Assembly (NCBI GenBank): GCA_041736305.1 | Contig: JBGSTX010000050.1 | Span: forward strand, 1 to 28,089 | DNA length: 28,089 nt | Reading direction: 5' to 3' | From: Oligoflexus sp. | Lineage (GTDB): Bacteria > Bdellovibrionota_B > Oligoflexia > Oligoflexales > Oligoflexaceae | Part shown: positions 1 to 8,389 of the stretch, in pieces | How the letters are laid out: the number at the start of each line of letters is the position of its first letter | How positions within the stretch are numbered: position 1 is the stretch's first letter | Translations under genes and position numbers: made by a program | Notes under the pieces: model-generated | What the model was told of the DNA's origin: nothing | Database searches by the model: none | What the model saw: the letters and a program-made list of their open reading frames with translations, nothing else

Positions 1-504
1 CAGGAGTTGCTTTTCGAAAGTCAGTAGATCCTGATATTCGTTCATCTGGGCTAGACACTGCCTGAGGTAGGAGCCACTCAGATTGGTCGCCTGCCAGCGG
101 AAGGACTCATAGCGAATAAAAAAATCCTTGAGATCTGCATTGATAGAATCTTTGGTAAAAGGCTTTCTATGGTATGAAACGAGCCCTTTCTCAAATGCAT
201 GAGGCAGGAGATCAAATTCGCTTTCCTCAACCAGCGCAGAGACGCGCAGCTGCTTGAGCTCTGGATGCGTGCAAAAAAGTTTGAGCACCTGCAAGAGATT
301 CTCAGATTGGTCGGAGAAAAATGAGGAAATTAGCCAGCGGACAGGCTCGACTTCCATGACCCCCAGGGCATCCTTGAGGGTCGGGACCCCATGGACATCG
401 GCGAACCCTAATGCTCTGACGACTTCAGTGAGAAGAGTCCTCGATGCACCGGAACTATCCACCACCAATACCTTGGCTGTTCGATCTCGCAAATGGCTGT
501 CCAT
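1..504 (-). CDS. Partial (runs off the window) protein with N-terminal degenerate receiver (pseudo-REC) domain
   Basis: Not in the ORF track; translated by hand. ATG at 504 with GAGGA SD, open to base 1: MDSHLRDRTAKVLVVDSSGASRTLLTEVVRALGF...RWLISSFF...YHRKPFT. REC-like beta1 (VLVVD) and KPF are present, but the phospho-Asp position reads Ser. Confidence 0.8.
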   Translation of the reverse strand, partial: MDSHLRDRTAKVLVVDSSGASRTLLTEVVRALGFADVHGVPTLKDALGVMEVEPVRWLISSFFSDQSENLLQVLKLFCTHPELKQLRVSALVEESEFDLLPHAFEKGLVSYHRKPFTKDSINADLKDFFIRYESFRWQATNLSGSYLRQCLAQMNEYQDLLTFEKQLL

Positions 505-537
505 ATTTCCTCGTCTCGACTTGAGTAGTCGTGGGTC

Positions 538-564
538 CTATCGGTAGAAAAATAAAGGAATTGA
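538..564 (-). promoter_or_regulatory. Putative sigma28 (FliA) promoter
   Basis: Minus strand reads TCAA-N15-ACCGATAG, against the consensus TAAA-N15-GCCGATAA; 33 bp upstream of the ATG at 504. Confidence 0.55.
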
Positions 565-661
565 GTTGCATCGGCCTTTTCATTCAAGACAAAATACAAA
601 GATTCTTCTAGTATCTTGCCCTCTACCTCTCTAATTGTCCCGATTTCAACAAGGTAGCGCC

Positions 662-1666
662 ATGAGACTGAAAAGCACCTTCCTTACCCTATTGAAATTG
701 TTGTTCGCAGCCCTGCTGCTCTTGTGGCTGATGCGCTCCGGACAATTGGACTTTAGCCAGCTTAATAAACTTCTGGTGGAAGGGGACCTGGCTCTTGCCA
801 CCGTGGGCTACTTCCTAATTGGCCCCGTACTTTTGACAACTATGCGTTGGAAACTCCTCCTCGAGGCCGCCGACTATGTCATAGGTTGGAAGCGGGCTTT
901 TCAGCTCCAGTTGACCGGGTTTTTTTTCAATACGGTAATGCCTGGAGCAGTAGGTGGCGATCTTGTCAAAACAGCATATGTAATTCGTGATAATCCCGAT
1001 AAATCAAAAGCTCTGGCAATGATGACTGTGGTTTTGGATCGAATTATCGGTCTCTCGGGATTGTTTTTCGTTGGCTGGTTGCTAGTCATGATCAATTATC
1101 GGCAAATAGTTGCGGCACCCAAACTCTGGCCGCTCATTACCCTGATGAGTTTGATTAGTCTTGGCTTTGTGGTGTTTTTTACGACTGCGCTCTACCATTA
1201 TAAGAAAAGCGATCCGATACTCAAACTTTTAGCTTACCCAATTCCCGGTTTTAGCCTAATTCTAAAGCTCTATAATGCACTACGCACCTATCGCTACGCG
1301 CGCGGAGCGATACTGAAGTGTCTCGTTTATTCCTTTCTTGTACAGATTGCCAGCCTTCTGCTCTTCTATTTCATGACTATTAAAGTCCTAGGCTACGCTC
1401 CAGCTTTTGGACCTATTGCCACGATCTTTCCGATGGGTATCCTCACGACCGCTATTCCCATCACTCCGGGGGGATTGGGCGTGGGCCATGTGGCTTTCGA
1501 TCGACTTTTCAATATGATTAACCTTAGCCACGGTGCTACGGTTTTCAACCTATATGTCCTATCCCAACTTTTCTTGAATCTAAGCGGTATCATAAGCTAT
1601 CTCAGTCTCAAGAAAACTCCCCAGTCTTTAGGACTATCGAGCAATGCCGCCCATCCTTCGGCCTAG
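662..1666 (+). CDS. Lysylphosphatidylglycerol-synthase TM-domain / flippase-like membrane protein (UPF0104/YbhN family)
   Basis: Multi-TM protein with family motifs RWKLLL, GFFFNTVMPGAVGGD, LDRIIGL and IPITPGGLGV. ATG 662 preferred over TTG 635. Confidence 0.85.
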   Translation: MRLKSTFLTLLKLLFAALLLLWLMRSGQLDFSQLNKLLVEGDLALATVGYFLIGPVLLTTMRWKLLLEAADYVIGWKRAFQLQLTGFFFNTVMPGAVGGDLVKTAYVIRDNPDKSKALAMMTVVLDRIIGLSGLFFVGWLLVMINYRQIVAAPKLWPLITLMSLISLGFVVFFTTALYHYKKSDPILKLLAYPIPGFSLILKLYNALRTYRYARGAILKCLVYSFLVQIASLLLFYFMTIKVLGYAPAFGPIATIFPMGILTTAIPITPGGLGVGHVAFDRLFNMINLSHGATVFNLYVLSQLFLNLSGIISYLSLKKTPQSLGLSSNAAHPSA

Positions 1667-1809
1667 ATATTTCACTGGATGCTTATAAAGTATTCTGTTT
1701 TTAGGGATCTATCGCCTTATTCAGAAACATCACAATTTTCCTCTCACTTTTATACTGCCATCGATCGAAGAGGCTTCTGTGGGTATCTTTAATTATTTGT
1801 GCGGACTTT

Positions 1810-2193
1810 ATGCAGAAGAATGGCCCGTTTTCGATTCTCGTGGTCGAAGATATCGAACTTAACAAGATCATAGCGATCAAAATGCTCGAAAAAATGGGCT
1901 ATCGGACCTACTCCGTATCCAATGGAATCGAAGCCATAGCTGCTCTCGAAGCGCAACACTTCGACCTTGTGCTGATGGACTGCCTGATGCCTTTGATGGA
2001 TGGCTATACGGCAACAGAATCGATTCGCAAAAGGTCGAGCCGAATGTTCCCGATAATTGCGATGACAGCCAACGCTTCGCGAGGTGATCGCGAAAGGTGT
2101 CTAGCTGTCGGGATGAATGACTATCTGCGAAAGCCTTTCCAAGCTCTGCAACTCGATGAAGTCCTCCAGAGATGGCTTATCCGAGGTCTCTAA
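1810..2193 (+). CDS. Single-domain response regulator receiver
   Basis: Intact REC motifs VED, LMDCLMPLMDG, MTANA, RKPF; the sequence style resembles receivers of hybrid histidine kinases. Confidence 0.9.
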   Translation: MQKNGPFSILVVEDIELNKIIAIKMLEKMGYRTYSVSNGIEAIAALEAQHFDLVLMDCLMPLMDGYTATESIRKRSSRMFPIIAMTANASRGDRERCLAVGMNDYLRKPFQALQLDEVLQRWLIRGL

Positions 2194-2238
2194 CAGCAAA
2201 GCTCCATCGAAGAGCTTTGCCATCCAGACGTTAGGCTC

Positions 2239-2658
2239 TCAGTTCATTTTTTCTAGCTTCTCGCCTGAATCTTTCCAAACTTTGATGCCGCCCTTATAAT
2301 GCTTCACGTTGGTGTAGCCCAGCTTTTCGGCTTCCGCGGCAGCTGATTCCCAAGCAGTACACTTTGGTCCGCCGCAATAGGCGACGATCGGAGCAGCCTT
2401 GTCGGCTGGCAAGACCTGAGCCAACTTACCTTCATTTTTTGCGAAGCTGATCGCTCCGGGAACGTGGCCATCCTTGTACATATCAGCGCTGTTTGCATCG
2501 ATGATAGTCGCCGACTTGCTAGTGACCATCTTCTTGAATTCGTCGAGAGTAACTTCGGGAGCCTTGCTGCTGGCGGCATGAGCCAAAGGAACCGAAATGG
2601 CCAGACTCAGAGGGGCAAGTTGCAGACAGAGAGCTAGAAGAGTGCGAATCGGTTTCAT
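2239..2658 (-). CDS. Exported rhodanese-like domain protein
   Basis: Signal peptide ending AHA; IIDAN, GHVPGA, active-site loop YCGGPKC, LGYTNV..YKGGIKVW; GAGGA SD. Confidence 0.88.
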   Translation of the reverse strand: MKPIRTLLALCLQLAPLSLAISVPLAHAASSKAPEVTLDEFKKMVTSKSATIIDANSADMYKDGHVPGAISFAKNEGKLAQVLPADKAAPIVAYCGGPKCTAWESAAAEAEKLGYTNVKHYKGGIKVWKDSGEKLEKMN

Positions 2659-2789
2659 AAGATAGTCCTCAAGAGAATTTTTACTTCAGTGACTGTCCGT
2701 CAGTCTAAGTGCTAGGCGCAAGAAATTCTAGACATTTTGAGCTTCTCTCATTAGCATTTGTGCAGTTCTTATACAGAAAGAGGTACTTT

Positions 2790-3215
2790 ATGCGCTTCAC
2801 TTCACTCTTAGCTTTAGCCCTGAGCCTGGGGACGGGGTCTATGGCCCAGGCCGCAGCCGAGAAAATCGCGACTCTGGAGGTCAGTCTGGATGATGCTAAT
2901 CTCATCAAGAAAAACACCGGTATTAGGACCCTCTTTATTATCCTCTACGATGCTGACAATCCCATGCCTAGGCCTTATGGAGCGATGAAGGTTGATCTGA
3001 AGGCTGACGCTAGTGGAAGCATTTACAAAGGCGATCTAACCACAGAAAACGTCCAGGCTATGGCCGGCGGACCGGTGCCTAAGAATCTCAAAATAAAGGC
3101 CCGACTCGACAAAGATGGATCCGCTGGTAAAGATCAAGCAGGTGACCTCGTCGGTACCCAAGAAAAAGTGAAAGCCGGAGATGCTACCAAGATAGTAATC
3201 AATACTGCAATCTAG
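2790..3215 (+). CDS. Secreted protein resembling the C-terminal Ig-like domain of CcmI/CycH
   Basis: ATG 2790 with GAGGT SD; signal peptide (AQA). TLFII..P.P.GA, AM.GG and KARLDKDG.A....GDLVG match the recalled CycH C-terminal pattern. Confidence 0.6.
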   Translation: MRFTSLLALALSLGTGSMAQAAAEKIATLEVSLDDANLIKKNTGIRTLFIILYDADNPMPRPYGAMKVDLKADASGSIYKGDLTTENVQAMAGGPVPKNLKIKARLDKDGSAGKDQAGDLVGTQEKVKAGDATKIVINTAI

Positions 3216-3232
3216 GCTGCCATCGCCATCAG

Positions 3233-3252
3233 GATCGCCGCGAGCGGCGGTC
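3233..3252 (+). terminator. GC-rich hairpin after 2790..3215 (possible terminator or stabiliser)
   Basis: GATCGCCG-CGAG-CGGCGGTC, an 8 bp stem with one G-U pair; no clear U-tract. Confidence 0.35.
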
Positions 3253-3268
3253 TGCCCTCATTCAATAA

Positions 3269-3307
3269 TTTACAGACTCTTTATCTACATTTTAATCCTC
3301 CTTCAAT
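3269..3307 (+). promoter_or_regulatory. Four 11-bp-phased direct repeats (Pho-box/OmpR-family-like)
   Basis: TTTACA (3269), TTTATC (3280), TTTAAT (3291), TTCAAT (3302), followed by TAAGCT/TAGACT -10-like hexamers. Confidence 0.4.
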
Positions 3308-3338
3308 GTGAAGAGCTAAGCTAGACTATATCCAAAGT

Positions 3339-4208
3339 ATGCGATCGCTTAAGAGGATGAGCCCAATGCTGACTCATGAAAGTGTGCTCCCAGGCAGCTG
3401 GTCGTCTCTTTTTCTTCAATCTCACCCCGATGCGCCCCGTAGCTGGCAAGCAAAGGTCCCTTTCGAAATCAAGCAAGGCAGCTATATCGTCAAGACAGCA
3501 GGAACGCTTGAAGAGTTTCAGGCAGTGATAGCCCTGAGGACTTCGGTTTTTCTCAAGGAATTTGCCGGCAAAGATACGGAAGACTTCGATTTTGATGCCA
3601 TTGACAGCGACAGTGACTTTCTGATCATAAAGGATGCAAGGTCTGGCGATATTCTTGCTTCTTATCGACTCATTTCCTCGCGGTTTTCCAACAAATTCTA
3701 CTCTAGCTCTGAGTTCACTCTCGATGAATTTCTGAGGACGCCCGATTCTAAGCTCGAACTCAGCCGCGCCTGCGTTCGGGCTGACAAGCGTTCCTCGGGA
3801 ATATTCGTCCACCTGCTATGGCGGGGAATAGCTGAATATGCAAGTCGCACGGACACACGCTATCTATTTGGCTGTAGCAGTGTCCAGACTCTCGATCTTC
3901 GTCAGCTCGTCTCAGTCTATCGCTACCTACACAGTGAGAAAGCTTTGGATACCAGCTTCGGTATCAACCCTCTGGACGCGTTCAAGATCATCGATATGAA
4001 CGGGCTACTGAGCTTTGGGACAGCTCATGTATCAACAGCCTCAGCCCAGCTACTCCCCCCTCTCCTCCTTGCCTACCTCAAAGCTGGGGCGCGAGTCTAC
4101 GGTGCACCGGCCTTCGATCAGGACTTCAATTGTCTCGATCTCCTGACCATACTTGATTTCCAGCAGCTCTCTGGAGCCCATGCTAGGAAATACGTCTTAT
4201 CTTCTTGA
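3339..4208 (+). CDS. olsB: GNAT N-acyltransferase, OlsB-like (N-acyl-ornithine/aminolipid synthase)
   Basis: ALRTSVF..E, D.D..D, ASYRL, FYSSSEF, LELSRACV, LLWRGI, YLFGCSS, LPPLL.AYL..GA, PAFDQDFNCLD: typical of the OlsB/Acetyltransf_5 family. The true start may be ATG 3366 (AAGAGGA SD). Confidence 0.8.
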   Translation: MRSLKRMSPMLTHESVLPGSWSSLFLQSHPDAPRSWQAKVPFEIKQGSYIVKTAGTLEEFQAVIALRTSVFLKEFAGKDTEDFDFDAIDSDSDFLIIKDARSGDILASYRLISSRFSNKFYSSSEFTLDEFLRTPDSKLELSRACVRADKRSSGIFVHLLWRGIAEYASRTDTRYLFGCSSVQTLDLRQLVSVYRYLHSEKALDTSFGINPLDAFKIIDMNGLLSFGTAHVSTASAQLLPPLLLAYLKAGARVYGAPAFDQDFNCLDLLTILDFQQLSGAHARKYVLSS

Positions 4209-4220
4209 GGGCAGATAGAC

Positions 4221-5264
4221 GTGAGAGATAAGTCTGGCATCGATTACTTTCCAGAACTTCTGGAGCTCTTCAAATGCGCTGAAAACTTGGGCCATTCGGG
4301 AGTCGTGCGTGAAGAGCAGCGCGTTTCCTTTGAGAAACATACCTTCCCTATACTCAGCTTTCGCTTTGGCCCCGATGATGTCACGCTACCGACCCTAGTA
4401 TTCGTTGCTGGGGTCCACGGGCTCGAAAAAATCGGGACGCAAATCGTAACGTCTTTCTTGAAGTCCTTCATTCATCTGCTCGCCTGGGACCGATCGCTCA
4501 TCAACCTTTTAAAAGATTGCCGAATTCTCTTCTATCCCCTCGTGAATCCAGTAGGCATGTACAAAAATTTGCGGTCGAATGGCAATGGGGTCGACCTCAT
4601 GCGGAACGCTCCTATCGATGCCCTTCGCGAAGGATTGCCGCTGGTTCGCGGTCATCGACTCAGCCCCAAGCTTCCTTGGTACCGAGGCAAATTAGAAGAC
4701 CCGATGGAATTAGAAGCAGAGACTCTCTGTGAATTTATTCGGCGTGACTGCTTTGGCTCAAGCTGTTCCTTGGTCCTAGATGTCCACTCGGGATTCGGTC
4801 TGATCGATCGCCTGTGGTTTCCCTACGCATACTCTCAAGAATTTTTTCCTGACGCATCGCGGGTTCTAGCTCTCAAAAAGCTCTTCGACAAGAGCTTTCC
4901 GCATCATGTTTATACGATAGAGCCCCAGCACCACTCCTATACGACCCATGGCGACCTCTGGGACTACCTTTATCTCGAACACCGAAAACGCTCGCAAGAA
5001 GGCATTTTCATCCCTCTTTCGCTCGAGATGGGATCATGGCATTGGGTTCGTAAGAATCCTCGGCAAATATTCAGTAGTTTTGGAATTTTCAATCCCGTCC
5101 TCCCGCACCGGATCAAGCGGGCTGAACGCCGTCACTTTTTGCTTCTTAATTTCTTACTCAAAGCTATCGTATCGACTGATCAGTGGGCTTTTATCGATGC
5201 TAAGCGCCTCGCATTCTTCGAAAAATGCTCCGAGCAGCTCTGGTATTCGGTTCGCGGCCGCTGA
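4221..5264 (+). CDS. M14-family zinc carboxypeptidase/amidohydrolase (DUF2817-like)
   Basis: GVHGLE (HxxE), VNPVG, RSNGNGVDLMRN, LDVHSG (third Zn ligand), LEMG (catalytic Glu); no signal peptide. Confidence 0.85.
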   Translation: MRDKSGIDYFPELLELFKCAENLGHSGVVREEQRVSFEKHTFPILSFRFGPDDVTLPTLVFVAGVHGLEKIGTQIVTSFLKSFIHLLAWDRSLINLLKDCRILFYPLVNPVGMYKNLRSNGNGVDLMRNAPIDALREGLPLVRGHRLSPKLPWYRGKLEDPMELEAETLCEFIRRDCFGSSCSLVLDVHSGFGLIDRLWFPYAYSQEFFPDASRVLALKKLFDKSFPHHVYTIEPQHHSYTTHGDLWDYLYLEHRKRSQEGIFIPLSLEMGSWHWVRKNPRQIFSSFGIFNPVLPHRIKRAERRHFLLLNFLLKAIVSTDQWAFIDAKRLAFFEKCSEQLWYSVRGR

Positions 5265-5273
5265 GATTAAAGC

Positions 5274-6110
5274 GTGGAAACACCAATGCCCTTTCTTGAG
5301 ACCGACAAAGGCAAAATATTTTTCGCAGAGCTAGGGAGCGGCCCCCCACTCTTGCTTCTGCGCGGCTTAGGTCGATCGTCGCGCTACTGGCTAGGATTCG
5401 AGGAAATCTTAGCTAATAGTTTTCACGTGATCTTGATGGACCAGCGCGGGCTGGGACGCACCAGCGTCCCAGCTGCATGGACTGATTCGACAGCAGAACT
5501 AGCTAGGGACGTTCTCGACTTGATGGACCATCTCGATATCCAGGCCTTTCATGTTTTCGGCCTTTCCCTTGGCGGCATGATCGCTTTGGAACTAGCTGCA
5601 ACAGCTCCCAGGCGTATCCTCAGTATGATAGTCGCCAACAGCTCCTCTCAGGGAGGCTGGTCCTGGCGCATCAACCCCTGCGTGCTGCCTTCCCTGATCT
5701 ATGGCGGCTGTCGAGGCCGTTTTCATCAGAGCCTCGTCCGAGTTCTTTTAGGATCGTCGACGAAAGAAGAATTGGTGGAAAGCATTCTCAAGAAATGGCA
5801 GGACATCCGTGAGGACGAAGGATTCCCGCTTCTGACCATTGCCAAGCAACTTTGCATGGCCCATAGATTCTCTGTTGGCGCCCTTTTTCAAGAAAGCTCG
5901 GTCCCGATTCGCCTTCTCATACTTTCGGGAGACAGAGATCGTCTCGTGCCGGCAAGAAATAGCGATATTCTTCATAGCAAGCTGCCAGGCTCCCTCCGAA
6001 TGATACTCAGGGGTGCTGGTCATGAAATCGCTGTGCAGCATGAAAATGAGCTGGAACAAATAATTCAGGACTTTTCGGAAGAACTCTTTACTGCAAAGGG
6101 GACAGTGTGA
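5274..6110 (+). CDS. Alpha/beta fold hydrolase
   Basis: LRGLG, DQRGLGRT, nucleophile GLSLGG, GDRDRLVP, GAGH. Start possibly ATG 5286 (MPFL...). Confidence 0.9.
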   Translation: METPMPFLETDKGKIFFAELGSGPPLLLLRGLGRSSRYWLGFEEILANSFHVILMDQRGLGRTSVPAAWTDSTAELARDVLDLMDHLDIQAFHVFGLSLGGMIALELAATAPRRILSMIVANSSSQGGWSWRINPCVLPSLIYGGCRGRFHQSLVRVLLGSSTKEELVESILKKWQDIREDEGFPLLTIAKQLCMAHRFSVGALFQESSVPIRLLILSGDRDRLVPARNSDILHSKLPGSLRMILRGAGHEIAVQHENELEQIIQDFSEELFTAKGTV

Positions 6111-6964
6111 ATCTCCGTCTCTGCTATCGGGTATTCTTCATAGCTGGGTTTCTCATCAACTGCTTCCTTCTGCTGGCTTTTCTGAGTTTGCTGGGACTGA
6201 TTCCGTCTCCGCTCTGGAAATCATTGCCGATTTACTTGAGCCAAGCGAAAACCTGGATCACTCATAAAAGCTTTCGAATTATCGCCAACATTGCCGGTCT
6301 TTCAGTAACAAGCGAGGGCTTCAGCGAGCTTCCCGACCAGCCTTACATTCTGCTAGCCAACCACGTGTCATACTGGGATATTATTGCTATTATTAGCATA
6401 ACCCCCATAAATTTTATTGCCAAAGAGGAAGTTCGGTCTTGGCCCTTTTTTGGCCCTTTCGCGCGGATGTGCGAGGTTATCTTCGTGCGGAGAGATTCGG
6501 CTCTCAGTCGGGCCCAGGCACTCTTCTCGCTGGCCACTCGGAGCCGTCGTCAGGCCTATTGCATATTTCCCGAAGGGACAACCACAGCCGCTGACTTCCC
6601 TGTTTGGGAAAACTGGTTTCGTGGCAATATATCCTTGGCTGTTCGGCCGGGCCTCCCCATCTATACGCTCGGTCTCCATTACCGCAAGCAACGCGAGCAG
6701 GCCGCCTGGATAGGGGAAGTAAGCTTTTTTCCTCACCTACTCGCGAGTCTGGGTCGTCCTCGAACTGAAATATTCATCTCACTATCCCGTTTGGATTTAG
6801 ATGCTCCAGACTCTCAAAAGAGCAGCCTGCACGATCTGGCTCATCGAGCCTTTTTGCAGGTGAGAGCCCATTGCGAAGCAGCCAAGTCGCTGGCCCTGCT
6901 TTCGGAACCTAGAGCCCTCGAAAGCTTTCCAAGGCCTGGGCTTTGGATCCAAAGATCACAGTAG
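6107..6964 (+). CDS. PlsC-type lysolipid O-acyltransferase, OlsA-like
   Basis: NHVSYWD (HX4D), FIAKEEV..WP, FVRRD, IFPEGTT, W.G...F.PHL. The GTG start overlaps the upstream TGA (GTGA). Confidence 0.85.
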   Translation: MNLRLCYRVFFIAGFLINCFLLLAFLSLLGLIPSPLWKSLPIYLSQAKTWITHKSFRIIANIAGLSVTSEGFSELPDQPYILLANHVSYWDIIAIISITPINFIAKEEVRSWPFFGPFARMCEVIFVRRDSALSRAQALFSLATRSRRQAYCIFPEGTTTAADFPVWENWFRGNISLAVRPGLPIYTLGLHYRKQREQAAWIGEVSFFPHLLASLGRPRTEIFISLSRLDLDAPDSQKSSLHDLAHRAFLQVRAHCEAAKSLALLSEPRALESFPRPGLWIQRSQ

Positions 6965-7028
6965 GGCCTGAAGCGTCTTGCTTGGCCCCAGTTAGTGTCG
7001 ATAGCTTTCCGCATAGCCGAAGAATAAC

Positions 7029-7055
7029 TCAAGTAAAGTGAAAGATATCCGAAGA
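7029..7055 (+). promoter_or_regulatory. Putative sigma28 (FliA) promoter
   Basis: TCAA-N15-TCCGAAGA, 28 bp upstream of ATG 7084. Confidence 0.45.
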
Positions 7056-7083
7056 AGAAGCGTTGTAAAACCAGGGATGGTCT

Positions 7084-8319
7084 ATGGCTATCGAACGCTT
7101 TCTCATAGTTGATGACAATACAGGCAATGCGCTGTTTTTCGAGATGATTCTCAAAGAACTTGGCTATTCTAAAATATTTACTTCGCCAACTGGCGACGAT
7201 GCTTTTATACAGGCTGACAAGAATCATATTCAGTTCTTCATCGTCGCCTGGGAACTCAGAGGGCTTCCTGGGACAATATATGTCCAGAAAGTCCGCTCTA
7301 AGCGCAAACGGCGTTTTGCTCCCTGTATTATTTATTCGAAGCGCATGGCGAACGATGACGTAGCTTTGACCAAAGAACTCGGATTTAAAGACATTCTAGG
7401 CATGCCCTTCGACCGAAATGCTGCCAAGGACTTGATTAAAAATATCATCGACTACGAATCCAATATTCATCCTCGCGAAAACCAGCTTAGAAAAATCGAA
7501 ATGTATCATCTTGAAGGTCACCCTATGGAGGCTTTCAAGCTCTTCAGCGATGACCTTTTTTCACCCGGCCCTTTTCAAACCCGAGCACTGCTCTCTGGGG
7601 CCGAAGTTATGATGTCTCTTTCGAAGTACGATAAAGCTGAAAAATGCATTGCTGACGCACTGCGGAATTTGCCAGACAATAATCGCGCTCTGCAACTCAA
7701 AGCCAAGCTTTTTTCCCGCAAAGGCATGCACGCCGAAGCGGTCGGCATCCTTGAGAAGCTCGTTAGTGTTTCTCCACGTAATCTTTCGAATAAGATTACT
7801 CTCGGCTCAGCCTACATAGATGCAGATCGCCACGAGGATGCTCGCCGTGTTTTTGCGGATGTAATGAAGGATGATCCAAACAGTCAAGACGCCAAAGATC
7901 AGATGGCTACTTTGGAATTCAAAGAAGGCAATTTTACCTTAGCTGAGCAGCTTATTGCTGAGACTGAAAATGGCAACGAGCTAGCCCGAGCATTCAATAA
8001 TCTCGCCATCTCCCAGGTGAGCAAAGGTCTCTTCGACGAGGGCATCGCGACCTATAGCAACTCCATGCGCATGCTGGCCGACAAAGCCCGGCTCTACCTC
8101 CTTTACTATAACCTTGGACTTGCTTATCGCAAAAAAGGCGAGCTCGAAAAGAGCTTTGACGCACTTGGAAAAAGCTACATCGCAGACCCCAGCTACGAGA
8201 AAGCCTACGTCGCTATCGCCAGGGTTGCACAAGAGCTCAAGGCCAAGGGGATAAAACCCAAACCAGAATTAGTTAAGGAAATCAAAGGAGCTCGCCAGAC
8301 TCTTAAGCAATCTGCGTAG
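7084..8319 (+). CDS. Pseudo-receiver domain plus tetratricopeptide repeat protein
   Basis: N-terminal FLIVDD, with beta3 FFIVAWEL (Asp->Ala) and LGMPF (Lys->Met). C-terminal TPR motifs LGSAYIDA, FNNLAI, YYNLGLAY. Confidence 0.85.
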   Translation: MAIERFLIVDDNTGNALFFEMILKELGYSKIFTSPTGDDAFIQADKNHIQFFIVAWELRGLPGTIYVQKVRSKRKRRFAPCIIYSKRMANDDVALTKELGFKDILGMPFDRNAAKDLIKNIIDYESNIHPRENQLRKIEMYHLEGHPMEAFKLFSDDLFSPGPFQTRALLSGAEVMMSLSKYDKAEKCIADALRNLPDNNRALQLKAKLFSRKGMHAEAVGILEKLVSVSPRNLSNKITLGSAYIDADRHEDARRVFADVMKDDPNSQDAKDQMATLEFKEGNFTLAEQLIAETENGNELARAFNNLAISQVSKGLFDEGIATYSNSMRMLADKARLYLLYYNLGLAYRKKGELEKSFDALGKSYIADPSYEKAYVAIARVAQELKAKGIKPKPELVKEIKGARQTLKQSA

Positions 8320-8389
8320 CCCGAGAGACCGCTCGCAAGCATTTTTTGCTTGAGGCATAATCGGGACCCTGACTGCAAAGGAGCTTCCG

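Noticed and set aside
254-599. Track ORFs 254..547 (+) and 408..599 (-)
   Set aside because: They overlap the better-supported minus-strand gene starting at 504, which has an SD, a promoter and REC motifs.
1744-1771. Possible sigma28 promoter (TCAC...ATCGAAGA) for the 1810 receiver
   Set aside because: Spacing is 16 and both boxes deviate; too weak to call.
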